Below, piece after piece: positions 1-8,031 of a stretch of 64,000 nt of DNA (position 1 is the stretch's first letter; each line of letters starts with the position of its first letter). The position numbers and the translations under genes are program-made. The notes beneath the pieces were generated by a model, which was not told the DNA's origin, searched no databases, and saw nothing but the letters and a program-made list of their open reading frames with translations. The stretch comes from an uncultured Hungatella sp. (GTDB lineage: Bacteria > Bacillota > Clostridia > Lachnospirales > Lachnospiraceae), in assembly GCA_947066955.1 (NCBI GenBank), contig CAMTAF010000004.1, forward strand, positions 484 to 64,483, in the 5' to 3' direction.

Positions 1-163
1 ACCGCCCGGTGTTACCAGCACCGAACGGCTTTTACATAGATTCATACCTGGCATAGGAGACCAGAATGATACAAACAATTCCAATGTTATTGTATCATCT
101 CTGGCGCCTCCTGTCAAAGGTATGGTGTTATTTTTTGTACCCATTTTTAAGGAGGTTGATATC

Positions 164-1192
164 ATGGCAAAGAAGAAAAAAAATCAGTTGCCCTCTGGCA
201 GTATCCGTATCCAGGTATACGACTATACCGACATGGACGGGAAGAAGCATTACAAATCGTTTACGGCTCCCACACGCCAGGAGGCCAAGTATCTGGCCGC
301 TCAATGGAAGGCCGGGAAAGCAACCAAGAAACCTGTCCGTATAACGCTCTATGAAGCCGTAGGTCGGTACATAGATGCTAAGGCGGGTGTTTTATCACCG
401 AGTACGATAAGGGGCTATCAGCGAATGCAGGAATGCCGCATGAAGGATATCGGGAGAATATGGCTTGATGAACTGAATACTACTGATGTACAGATATGGG
501 TAAGCAATCTGTCAAAGAGCCTGTCTCCAAAATATGTCCGCAATCTCTATGGGCTTCTCTCGGCCTCAGTGGAAATGTTTGCTCCTGATCTGACGCTCAA
601 AGTGAGTATGCCAGAAAAGAAACGGCCCGATCTATACTGCCCATCTGATGATGATGTTAAAAAGCTCCTCAAGCAAGTATCCGGAACAGATTTGGAGATT
701 GCGATCCTACTGGCGGCATTCGGTCCCATGCGCCGTGGTGAGATATGCGCACTAGAATCCTCTGACATAAGGGGGAACAAGGTATCCGTAACAAAAAGTA
801 TGGTTATGGGCCCAGATCAGACATACCATATTAAACAGCCAAAAACTTATGGATCATACCGTGAAATCGAATACCCGGAATTTGTCATCAAAAAAATGGC
901 CGGGAGAAAAGGCCGGATTATCAATCGGAGCCCCGACGCCATCACCAGAGCCTTTGAAAGGGCCATAGATAAAAGTGGGCTTCCACGTTTCCGATTCCAT
1001 GATTTGCGGCATTATGCAGCCAGTATCATGCACGCTATCGGAGTTCCTGACCAATATATACTAAAGCGGGGAGGATGGTCCAGTGATAATGTAATGAAGG
1101 CTGTATACAGAAATGCCATTGATATTGAGACGGTACGACAAAATAAAAAAATTAATGGTCATTTCCAGGAATTAACATGTGATATCGTGTGA
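164..1192 (+). CDS. int: Tyrosine recombinase / phage integrase
   Basis: Catalytic set R (PMRRGEI), K (QPKT), HxxR (FHDLRH), W (GGW), Y (VYR); N-terminal arm-binding-like domain; SD AAGGAGG before ATG 164. Confidence 0.93.
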   Translation: MAKKKKNQLPSGSIRIQVYDYTDMDGKKHYKSFTAPTRQEAKYLAAQWKAGKATKKPVRITLYEAVGRYIDAKAGVLSPSTIRGYQRMQECRMKDIGRIWLDELNTTDVQIWVSNLSKSLSPKYVRNLYGLLSASVEMFAPDLTLKVSMPEKKRPDLYCPSDDDVKKLLKQVSGTDLEIAILLAAFGPMRRGEICALESSDIRGNKVSVTKSMVMGPDQTYHIKQPKTYGSYREIEYPEFVIKKMAGRKGRIINRSPDAITRAFERAIDKSGLPRFRFHDLRHYAASIMHAIGVPDQYILKRGGWSSDNVMKAVYRNAIDIETVRQNKKINGHFQELTCDIV

Positions 1193-1216
1193 TATTCCGT
1201 GTGATATCTGTGCCAT
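1178..1216 (+). repeat. TGTGATAT direct repeats (1178, 1188, 1200; degenerate TGTGCCAT at 1209), candidate integrase arm-type sites
   Basis: Read directly; 10-12 bp spacing between int stop and tRNA 3' end. Confidence 0.55.
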
Positions 1217-1267
1217 ATTATAGCTTATGATGATATTGTCTGAATGTATGGATATAACATTAAAAAG

Positions 1268-1312
1268 CCCCGAAAATATCGGTTCCAAGCGACAAGTCCG
1301 GTATTTTCGGGG
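1268..1312. terminator. Inverted repeat between convergent int and tRNA-Gly
   Basis: CCCCGAAAATATCGG...CCGGTATTTTCGGGG, 15-bp arms with one G-U, flanked by A runs. Confidence 0.55.
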
Positions 1313-1324
1313 AAAAATTAAAAA

Positions 1325-1395
1325 AGCGGGTGATGGGAATCGAACCCACGTATCCAGCTTGGAAGGCTGGTGTTCTACCATTGAACTACACCCGC
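1325..1395 (-). tRNA. tRNA-Gly (anticodon TCC), CCA not encoded
   Basis: Minus strand GCGGGTGTAGTTCAATGGTAGAACACCAGCCTTCCAAGCTGGATACGTGGGTTCGATTCCCATCACCCGCT: acceptor stem, D arm, CCAGC/GCTGG anticodon stem, GTTCGA T loop. Confidence 0.97.
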
Positions 1396-1423
1396 AGATA
1401 ACCGCTATTTGATTACTTGATAC

Positions 1424-1452
1424 AGTCTACACCATTTTCCCATGATTGTCAA
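1424..1452 (-). promoter_or_regulatory. sigmaA-type promoter of tRNA-Gly
   Basis: TTGACA-17 nt-TAGACT on minus strand. Confidence 0.7.
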
Positions 1453-1475
1453 TAATTTTGCTGTGATTTTTTTCT

Positions 1476-1504
1476 TTGTCATCGCCCTCCGCCTGTGCTA
1501 TACT
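1476..1504 (+). promoter_or_regulatory. sigmaA-type promoter of the DUF4317 gene
   Basis: TTGTCA-17 nt-TATACT with TG extension. Confidence 0.65.
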
Positions 1505-1520
1505 TGGACAGAGGATCACA

Positions 1521-1696
1521 AGGAGGAAGGCAAATGCGCGGCATTTCTAGGATGCCTTCCGACGTCCTGGCAGGTGCCGCTGGGCGGCGCGTGCCGATAC
1601 CATATTATAGGAGGAAGGCAAACGCGTAAGCGTTTCTAGGATGCCTTCCGACGTTCTGGCAGGTGCCGCTGGCGGCGCGTGCCGATACCATATTAT
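1521..1696 (+). repeat. Dispersed structured repeat, two tandem ~88-bp units (AGGAGGAAGGCAAA...TAGGATGCCTTCCGACG..TGGCAGGTG..CGCGTGCCGATAC)
   Basis: Units 1521-1608 and 1609-1696 are near-identical; internal inverted repeats GGAAGGCA/TGCCTTCC and GGCA/TGCC. Confidence 0.9.
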
Positions 1697-1715
1697 ACCA
1701 GGAGGTACGTACATC

Positions 1716-2864
1716 ATGAATAAAAAAGAAGTTGCCGAGATCCGCAGGCAGTATACCCCGGAGCGCTGCACCATCACCCGGATCTGCGGCTGCTACATAG
1801 ATGCCGAGAAGAATGTAAAAACCGAGCTGAAGGAGGCATTTTTGTCCCTTCCGGAGGATGACGCCTTCAAATACTTTGCCATTTTCAAAAAGACCCTGTC
1901 CGGCACTCTGGGGCGCAATCTTCTGAACCTGGATTTTCCTCTGGAGGAAGAGAAGGAGGGCGGGGCCCAGGAGTTTTTGCTGAGGCTGAGGGACAGCCAG
2001 CTAAAGGATGATGATCTGATTCATGAATTTTACAACAAGATCATTGAGACTTACGACTACGGGGAAAATTACTATATCATCCTGATCCATGTGGCCTACG
2101 ACGTCCCAGGCAAGGCTGCGGACGGCCTGGAGATGTACGATGCCTCGGACAATGTGTACAGCTATATCCTGTGCAGCATCTGCCCGGTCCACCTATCCAA
2201 GCCTGGTCTGGGATACAACACGGAAAAAAACTGCATTGAAAACAGGGTCCAGGACTGGATCGTGGACCAGCCTGTGAAGGGATTTCTCTTCCCCTGTTTC
2301 AACGACCGGTACACAGATATCCACAGTCTGCTCTATTACACGAAAAATCCCGCCGAGCTCCAGGAGGATTTTCTCCAGAATATGTTCGGATGCAGCCGCA
2401 TTCCCCTTGCCGCCGACACTCAGAAGGAGACCTTCAATGCCCTGATCTCGGACACTCTGGGGGAGGAGTGCGATTACGGGATCATTAAAAATATTCACGA
2501 GAACCTGAACAGCCGCCTGGAAGAGTTCAAGGACGAACCGGAGCCTCTGGAACTTGGCAAGCAGGAGGTGCGCCGCCTTCTGGAGGACAGCGGAGTGCCT
2601 GACGAAAAACTGGAGGAATTCGACCATCACTATGATGAGTGTGCAGGGGAACAGACTTCTTTCCTGGCCTCCAATATCGCCAATACACGGCGTTTTTCCA
2701 TCGAGACGCCGGATGTGATTGTCCAGGTGAAGCCGGAGTCCGCGGACCTTGTGGAGACCCGCGTCATCGACGGCCGCCAGTGCCTGGTCATTGCCATCAA
2801 TGAGCATGTGGAGGTGAACGGCGTCAATGTCCGGGTGGCCCAGGAGGGCGGGACTTCGGATTGA
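1716..2864 (+). CDS. DUF4317 family protein
   Basis: N-terminus MNKKEVAEIRRQYTPERCTITRICGCY typical of this Clostridia family; SD AGGAGG before ATG 1716. Confidence 0.75.
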   Translation: MNKKEVAEIRRQYTPERCTITRICGCYIDAEKNVKTELKEAFLSLPEDDAFKYFAIFKKTLSGTLGRNLLNLDFPLEEEKEGGAQEFLLRLRDSQLKDDDLIHEFYNKIIETYDYGENYYIILIHVAYDVPGKAADGLEMYDASDNVYSYILCSICPVHLSKPGLGYNTEKNCIENRVQDWIVDQPVKGFLFPCFNDRYTDIHSLLYYTKNPAELQEDFLQNMFGCSRIPLAADTQKETFNALISDTLGEECDYGIIKNIHENLNSRLEEFKDEPEPLELGKQEVRRLLEDSGVPDEKLEEFDHHYDECAGEQTSFLASNIANTRRFSIETPDVIVQVKPESADLVETRVIDGRQCLVIAINEHVEVNGVNVRVAQEGGTSD

Positions 2865-2892
2865 TGCAATATGAGTGTCAATCAGGCAGGAG

Positions 2893-2939
2893 AAAAGCCG
2901 GACATCTGTATCATAATATGGTACAGATGTCCGGCTTTT
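2893..2939. terminator. Bidirectional intrinsic terminator
   Basis: Perfect 18-bp arms AAAAGCCGGACATCTGTA/TACAGATGTCCGGCTTTT between convergent genes. Confidence 0.85.
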
Positions 2940-2976
2940 TCTCTTTTATGCTGTTTTTTGAGAGTGTGTATAATTT

Positions 2977-3525
2977 CTATCCTTCCATCTGCCTCCCTAA
3001 AAATCCGGCAGCCGTGGTTACCAGCTTGATTTCCATGTCCCCCATTTTGGCCTTTGCCTCCCGGCTTAAGAGAGACACGCTTCCGATGGCATCGCCTTCA
3101 CATATGATTGGAGCCACAGCCTCAGCTGTGATCCCTTCCGTCTCCTCCGGGGTCAGGGGGACATAGTTCTTATCTTCCTTTGAAGCCACTACCACATTCC
3201 TCTCCCCAATAACATGCTCCAGCTGCTTGCTGATGGTCTTGCCCAGAAGCTCTTTTTTGGACCCGCCGGACACCGCGATGATCTGGTCCCGGTCAGTGAT
3301 GCACACCATCTGTCCTGTGGCCTGGGCCATGGCCTCGGCATATTGTCCGGAAAAAGCGGTCAGCTCCACCATGGGAGAATATTTTTTCAGAATGATCTCC
3401 CCTTCCCGATCCGTGAAAATCTCAAGGGGAGTTCCTTCCCTTAACCTCAGTGTTCTTCTTATTTCCTTTGGAATCACTACCCTTCCAAGATCATCAATTC
3501 TTCTCACTATTCCCGTAGCTTTCAT
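2977..3525 (-). CDS. spoVT: Stage V sporulation protein T (AbrB-type DNA-binding domain plus GAF)
   Basis: MKATGIVRRIDDLGRVVIPKEIRRTLR...ILKKYSP; 182 aa with C-terminal PIICEGDAIG. Confidence 0.95.
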   Translation of the reverse strand: MKATGIVRRIDDLGRVVIPKEIRRTLRLREGTPLEIFTDREGEIILKKYSPMVELTAFSGQYAEAMAQATGQMVCITDRDQIIAVSGGSKKELLGKTISKQLEHVIGERNVVVASKEDKNYVPLTPEETEGITAEAVAPIICEGDAIGSVSLLSREAKAKMGDMEIKLVTTAAGFLGRQMEG

Positions 3526-3585
3526 ATCACAATTCCTCCATTTTGCATCACCAGCATGATTACCTGATAAGATTTACTGTAAATG

Positions 3586-3614
3586 TAGTATCTGTAAAAT
3601 GGGGGAATTTATAC
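3586..3614 (-). promoter_or_regulatory. Possible forespore sigmaG/sigmaF-type promoter of spoVT
   Basis: GTATA-17 nt-GATACTA on minus strand; spoVT is sigmaG-dependent in B. subtilis. Confidence 0.35.
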
Positions 3615-3648
3615 TGCGGAAATTTTCCCGGGAATATGGCTTTTTTAA

Positions 3649-4794
3649 TCAATATGTAAACAGCTGCACCCAGTATTTTACTCCGCCGGCATTTTCATAA
3701 CAGCTAACTCCAATCTTGGTGAAATTTCTATCCAGAATATTGGCCCTGTGCCCCTGGCTGTTCATCCAGCCGCTCATCACTGCCTCGGGAGTCTGCTGGC
3801 CATATGCGATGTTCTCCCCGCTGCCCATGTACCTGACGCCGGTCTGATCCAGCACAGTTGTATAATAGGTCCCGTTGGGCCTTGTGTGGGAGAAATTCCT
3901 GGAAATCTCCTGCGCTCTCACAGCTGCGGCCGCCGAAACATCCGAGGCTTCCTCCACCGGAGAAAGACCCGCCTTGGCGCGCTCCGCATTGACCAGATCA
4001 ATCACTTTCTGCACATCCGCGCTCTCTGGATCCGTTGTCTGATTTCCAGGGTTCTGAATCCCCGGGTTCTGACCTCCGGGATTCTGCGTCCCAGGATTCT
4101 GCCCCCCGGGGGTCTGGCCCCCAGGAACCTCCGTACCAGGATTCTGCGTTCCGGGATTCTGGCCCCCTGGAACCTCCGTACCAGGATTCTGCCCCCCGGG
4201 GGTCTGGCCCCCAGGAACCTCCGTACCAGGATTCTGCGTTCCGGGATTCTGGCCTCCTGGAACCTCCGTACCGGGATTCTGCGTACCAGGGTTCTGGTCT
4301 CCTGGAGATTGTATCCCGGGATCCTCTGTCCCGGGATCCTGCGTCCCGGGGTTCTGACCTCCAGGGCACAGGATTCCCGGCGTTCCGCTTTCTCCGCTTC
4401 CGAAGCAATCCGGCCATACCGGCGCATTGTCGGCGCATCCAAAATTCCACACATCTTCCCATACAGCCGGAAGGTTTGGAACCAGAGGATTGTCATCCGT
4501 TCCTGGGAGAACAAATCCCCAGCCGCCGGACCAGGCATCCCAGCCTCCCTGATTTCCCCCAAAGCTTCCTCCTGAATTTCCTCCGCAGTTTCCCCCAAAG
4601 CTTCCTCCTGAATTCCATCCAAGATTCCCGCCATAGTTTCCCCCGAAATTCCCTCCCGGATTCCCTCCGGACCAGCTTCCGCAGCTTCCTCCTGCCACAT
4701 ACACGCTCACGGCTGCCTGAGATGTCATAGGCGTCGTCCCTGTCATGGCTGCTGCAGCAGCCGCCGCGTATAATACAAATCTCCTCATGTTCAT
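3649..4794 (-). CDS. Secreted CAP/SCP-domain protein with Gly-rich and Pro-Gly pentapeptide repeat linker
   Basis: Signal peptide; C-terminal LVNAERAKAGL...FSHTRP...GENIAYG...WMNSQGHRANIL; start 4794 or 4788. Confidence 0.88.
   Translation of the reverse strand: MNMRRFVLYAAAAAAAMTGTTPMTSQAAVSVYVAGGSCGSWSGGNPGGNFGGNYGGNLGWNSGGSFGGNCGGNSGGSFGGNQGGWDAWSGGWGFVLPGTDDNPLVPNLPAVWEDVWNFGCADNAPVWPDCFGSGESGTPGILCPGGQNPGTQDPGTEDPGIQSPGDQNPGTQNPGTEVPGGQNPGTQNPGTEVPGGQTPGGQNPGTEVPGGQNPGTQNPGTEVPGGQTPGGQNPGTQNPGGQNPGIQNPGNQTTDPESADVQKVIDLVNAERAKAGLSPVEEASDVSAAAAVRAQEISRNFSHTRPNGTYYTTVLDQTGVRYMGSGENIAYGQQTPEAVMSGWMNSQGHRANILDRNFTKIGVSCYENAGGVKYWVQLFTY
4094..4273. repeat. Coding tandem repeat: two 90-bp units built from 15-bp subunits (PGTEV/PGGQN/PGTQN)
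   Basis: 4094-4183 and 4184-4273 differ at two positions; degenerate 15-mers extend on both sides. Confidence 0.9.
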
Positions 4795-4813
4795 CCTCCT
4801 CGTATCCTATGAT

Positions 4814-4892
4814 GTCAGCACGCCCCGCTTTGCGGAACCTGCCATGCCGCCGGAAGGCATCTTAAAAAATGCTGTGCATTTGCCTTCCTTCT
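4814..4892 (-). repeat. Dispersed structured repeat, diverged full copy upstream of the CAP gene
   Basis: Minus strand GAAGGAAGGCAAATGCACAGCATTTTTTAAGATGCCTTCCGGCGGCATGGCAGGTTCCGCAAAGCGGGGCGTGCTGAC. Confidence 0.85.
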
Positions 4893-4896
4893 GTCT

Positions 4897-4923
4897 GTTA
4901 CAAATTTTTACATTTCTGTTACA
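4897..4923 (-). promoter_or_regulatory. WalR/OmpR-type direct repeat TGTAAC-N5-TGTAAA, plus a third TGTAAC
   Basis: Minus strand TGTAACAGAAATGTAAAAATTTGTAAC matches the TGTWAH-N5-TGTWAH consensus. Confidence 0.5.
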
Positions 4924-5134
4924 AATTAATATTAACATACAGAAGCTGGCAGCTCCATAGGGAAACGCTGGCGGCTCTGGGGGCAATTTCCAGAGGCAGT
5001 AAAATACATCCAAAAAAGAGCCGGACATCCAAAACAATTCCGCCTCTTTTTCTATAAAATATCAATCTTTCCAAACCTGACTCCTGATTCCAATGAATTG
5101 TTGTGCGCTGCATGCTCTCACAATTCTAAAACTA

Positions 5135-6007
5135 TTACAGTGCGTCAAACAATGCCGAACGGTCGCTGGCGTCGGTTTTTGCCAGAAACCACTCATTGAC
5201 ACTTTTCCTGAATAAGCTCCGGATTTCAGCGTTTGGTATGGTCAGCGCAAAGCTCCCGCCGTCAGGAGTCTCCGGGATCTCTTCCGGCCGCATTCTGGTG
5301 AGATAACCGGTGAAATACAGCAGTGTCCAGATATTCCTTTCAGAAGAATGCAGCACATCATAGGTCAAGTTGGGCTCAATCGGTTCAATAATATAGCCTC
5401 CGGAAAGCAAGGTTTCAAATTTATCGTTAATATCCGTTTCTGTTGTGCTGATAAATTGATAGATGATATCATTGTGGCTGGTGTGTTCCCAGTAGCCGGC
5501 CGGCCGCGCAGCAGGATTAAGCAGCAAATTCTTCACATGGTTCATCACATCCCATGGGCAGTACACATCTTGTCCGCCGAAGCGGTAGCCATTATACCAG
5601 TCCTTCATCTCATCTCTATGGCTGGTAAGCTTCGTATCCAAAAGGAGTCTGTCCACATCTGTCTGTGTAAACCCAAAATATTCGTCCAGCCGGGAATCCG
5701 AAATCGTATCGGACACAAAATTGTTGGTACCAGTAAAAATACTTTCTTTCGCGACCTGCAGGCAGCCGGTTACAATAGCAAAGTTAAGAGCCGAGTTGTC
5801 TTTGAGCACAGACATAACGCCTCCAATGGTACTCAGCATTTCTCTGTAGTAGCCTTTTGCGCTTGCCTTTGCCAAAGGAACATCGTATTCATCTATAAGA
5901 AGAATAACCGGCTTGCCGTAGTGCGTGGACATCACACGGGTGAGGATCAGCAAAGCGTTTTGCAATTCACCTGCAGAAGCAGTTCGTTCCGCAATTCGCG
6001 CAATCAC
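5135..6007 (-). pseudogene. Internal fragment of an AAA-ATPase-like / PD-(D/E)XK nuclease family gene
   Basis: Has LLIDEYD, TGCLQVAKESIFTG, WYNGY, YCPWDV, TIPNAEI but lacks the Walker A (RPRRFGK) region and the C-terminal nuclease present in the full paralogue at 29303-30922. Confidence 0.75.
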
Positions 6008-7500
6008 CTTTCCTTTTTCCTTTTCAGCGCCTTATCCAGGACCCGCCTGGCGGCCGGAATATTGCTGACCACCACGAAGATTGTACATGCCAGCAGGATC
6101 ATGGTGGTCCAGTGGCCGAACATGGCGGCCAGCTTGTTGTCTGCCGACGATGCCAGGGACACGGCACGACGGAAGTTGGAGTCCATCACCTTGCCGAGAA
6201 CCAGCGCCAGCACAAGGGGCGCCACAGGGTAACCCCTCCGCCTCATGACAAATCCCAGGGTGCCGAAGGCGAACATGAGGCCCACGTCGAAGAGACGGTT
6301 GTTGCAGGCAAATGCCCCCACCACGCACAGGCTGGTGACAATGGGAATCAAAATATTCTTGGGTATGGTGATGACCCGGCTGATTCTGGGGGCCACCAGA
6401 AGTCCCAGCACCAGGAGGGCGAAGCAGGCCACGAATCCGCCCGCAAGGATGGAGTGGAAAGCTGACGGATTTTCCGTGATAAACAGGGGGCCCGGCTTCA
6501 GCCCGTGGACATAGAACACGGACAGAATAATGGCAGTGACCGCGTCCCCCGGAACCGCCAAGGTCAGCATGGGGATCAGCGCGCCGCCGATGCAGGCGTT
6601 GTTGGAGGACTCGCTGGCCACAATCCCCTCCACAGCCCCCTCCCCGAAGGGAACCTCCGGGTTCCTGGTCAGACGCTTTGCCTCGTTGTAGGCGATAAAT
6701 GCCGCCACCGGGCCTCCGGCTCCGGGCAGGGCTCCGATGAGAAGTCCCAGGGTGGATGTGTAGAGAGATAGTTTCCAGTGTCCCAAGGTTTCCCTTAAGC
6801 TCACCCTGCTCTTCTCCATGGCCAGGACATTTCTCTCCTCATGGATGTTAAAGACCACGCTGAGCACCTCGGCGAATCCAAAGAGCCCTACCAGGGCAGG
6901 CACCGTGTTGATCCCGCTGGTGAGATTCTGGATGCCGAAGGTGAGCCGCCTGGTTCCCACCAGGGGGTCCAGGCCGATCATGCTTAAAATCAGGCCCACG
7001 CCCACGCTGATCAGCCCCTTGGTGTAGCTGCCGGAGCTGACGGAGCCCACGGTGGCAAGTCCGAAGAGGGCCAGAAGAAAATAGTCCATGGCCGTAAATT
7101 TGATGGCGATCTTGGACACCGGGCCTGCCAGAATCCACAGAGCCGCAAGGCCGAACAGACTCCCTGTAAAGGAATAGATGGTTGCGGTGTAGAGGGCCTT
7201 GTAGGACTGCCCCTTCTTGGACATGGGATAGCCGTCCAAGGTTGTCACCACCGACGAGGGAGCGCCGGGAATGTTGATGAGGATGGCTGACACCGCGCCG
7301 CTGAACACCCCCACCACATACACCCCCATGATCATGGCCAGGGCATCCACCGTGTCCCAGGTGTAGGTGACCGACACCAGAAGAGCCGTTGCCATGGACA
7401 CGGAAAGTCCCGGGATGGCTCCCACAAAAAGTCCCGCCAGGGAGCCTAAAAACACCATCAAGATAAAATGGGGATCCATAACCGATATCATGTCAAGCAT
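6004..7500 (-). CDS. tctA: Tripartite tricarboxylate transporter permease TctA
   Basis: GAIPGLS, INIPGAPSSVVTTLDGYPM, ESSNNA, TLAVPGD motifs; highly hydrophobic. Confidence 0.92.
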   Translation of the reverse strand: MLDMISVMDPHFILMVFLGSLAGLFVGAIPGLSVSMATALLVSVTYTWDTVDALAMIMGVYVVGVFSGAVSAILINIPGAPSSVVTTLDGYPMSKKGQSYKALYTATIYSFTGSLFGLAALWILAGPVSKIAIKFTAMDYFLLALFGLATVGSVSSGSYTKGLISVGVGLILSMIGLDPLVGTRRLTFGIQNLTSGINTVPALVGLFGFAEVLSVVFNIHEERNVLAMEKSRVSLRETLGHWKLSLYTSTLGLLIGALPGAGGPVAAFIAYNEAKRLTRNPEVPFGEGAVEGIVASESSNNACIGGALIPMLTLAVPGDAVTAIILSVFYVHGLKPGPLFITENPSAFHSILAGGFVACFALLVLGLLVAPRISRVITIPKNILIPIVTSLCVVGAFACNNRLFDVGLMFAFGTLGFVMRRRGYPVAPLVLALVLGKVMDSNFRRAVSLASSADNKLAAMFGHWTTMILLACTIFVVVSNIPAARRVLDKALKRKKER

Positions 7501-7515
7501 TTTCTTTCCTCCCCT

Positions 7516-8031
7516 CTACGGCAGCAGCACATTGAGCATGGCCCGGAAGGCGATACTCAGAAACAAGGCAGCTCCCAAGGGCACAAGCCCCAGAATCAGG
7601 GGCTTCCTCACCCCCATATACACCATCATGGCCACGAGAAAGATCCAGGTAGCTGCCTCGAAGGTGGAAAACGTAAAGGAAAAGGTAAGGATCCCCACTG
7701 TTATGTAAGGCATTTTCACAAAAAACAGGGCTCCATAATAGAGGGCGCACATTGCCAGAACTGCCGCCACTCCTCTCCAGTTTCTGACCTCCCGGGCCCC
7801 TGCCTTGTCCAAATTCCCGCTCCGCGCCCCCTCCTTTTGTTCCCGCGCCCCCTCCCGGATCAGGCAGGCCGCCAGGAACATAAAGGACACTGCCACCATA
7901 AGGGGAAACAGGTAAGGAGACTGGCTCCAGTCTTTATTGAAGGCCTTTCCGTAAGAGGTGACGGCATAGACAAGCAATGCCGCCCCCGCAAACAGAAAGA
8001 AAATACCCTCCTGAACAGAATGGTTCTTCAC
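7516..8031 (-). CDS. tctB: Tripartite tricarboxylate transporter TctB
   Basis: Small multi-TM protein with SPYLFP and C-terminal LNVLLP between tctC and tctA. Confidence 0.85.
   Translation of the reverse strand: MKNHSVQEGIFFLFAGAALLVYAVTSYGKAFNKDWSQSPYLFPLMVAVSFMFLAACLIREGAREQKEGARSGNLDKAGAREVRNWRGVAAVLAMCALYYGALFFVKMPYITVGILTFSFTFSTFEAATWIFLVAMMVYMGVRKPLILGLVPLGAALFLSIAFRAMLNVLLP

Larger units (their letters stand above)
1..1350. mobile_element. Right-hand end of an integrated element (prophage/ICE-like) inserted at the 3' end of tRNA-Gly; element continues left of the window
   Basis: Tyrosine integrase ends 133 nt from the tRNA 3' end and is convergent with it; short TGTGATAT repeats lie between them. 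The other att site is not in the window. Confidence 0.75.

Noticed and set aside
1521-1696. CRISPR array
   Set aside because: Only two contiguous ~88-bp units with no unique spacers, and no cas genes in the window
1641-1715. N-terminal extensions in the ORF track (also at 16439, 21561, 25274, 58615)
   Set aside because: They are translations of the dispersed repeat; SD-supported starts lie downstream
3748-4730. Overlapping ORFs 3748-4575, 3998-4462, 4002-4700, 4035-4730
   Set aside because: Alternate frames kept open by the stop-free 15-bp repeat of the CAP gene
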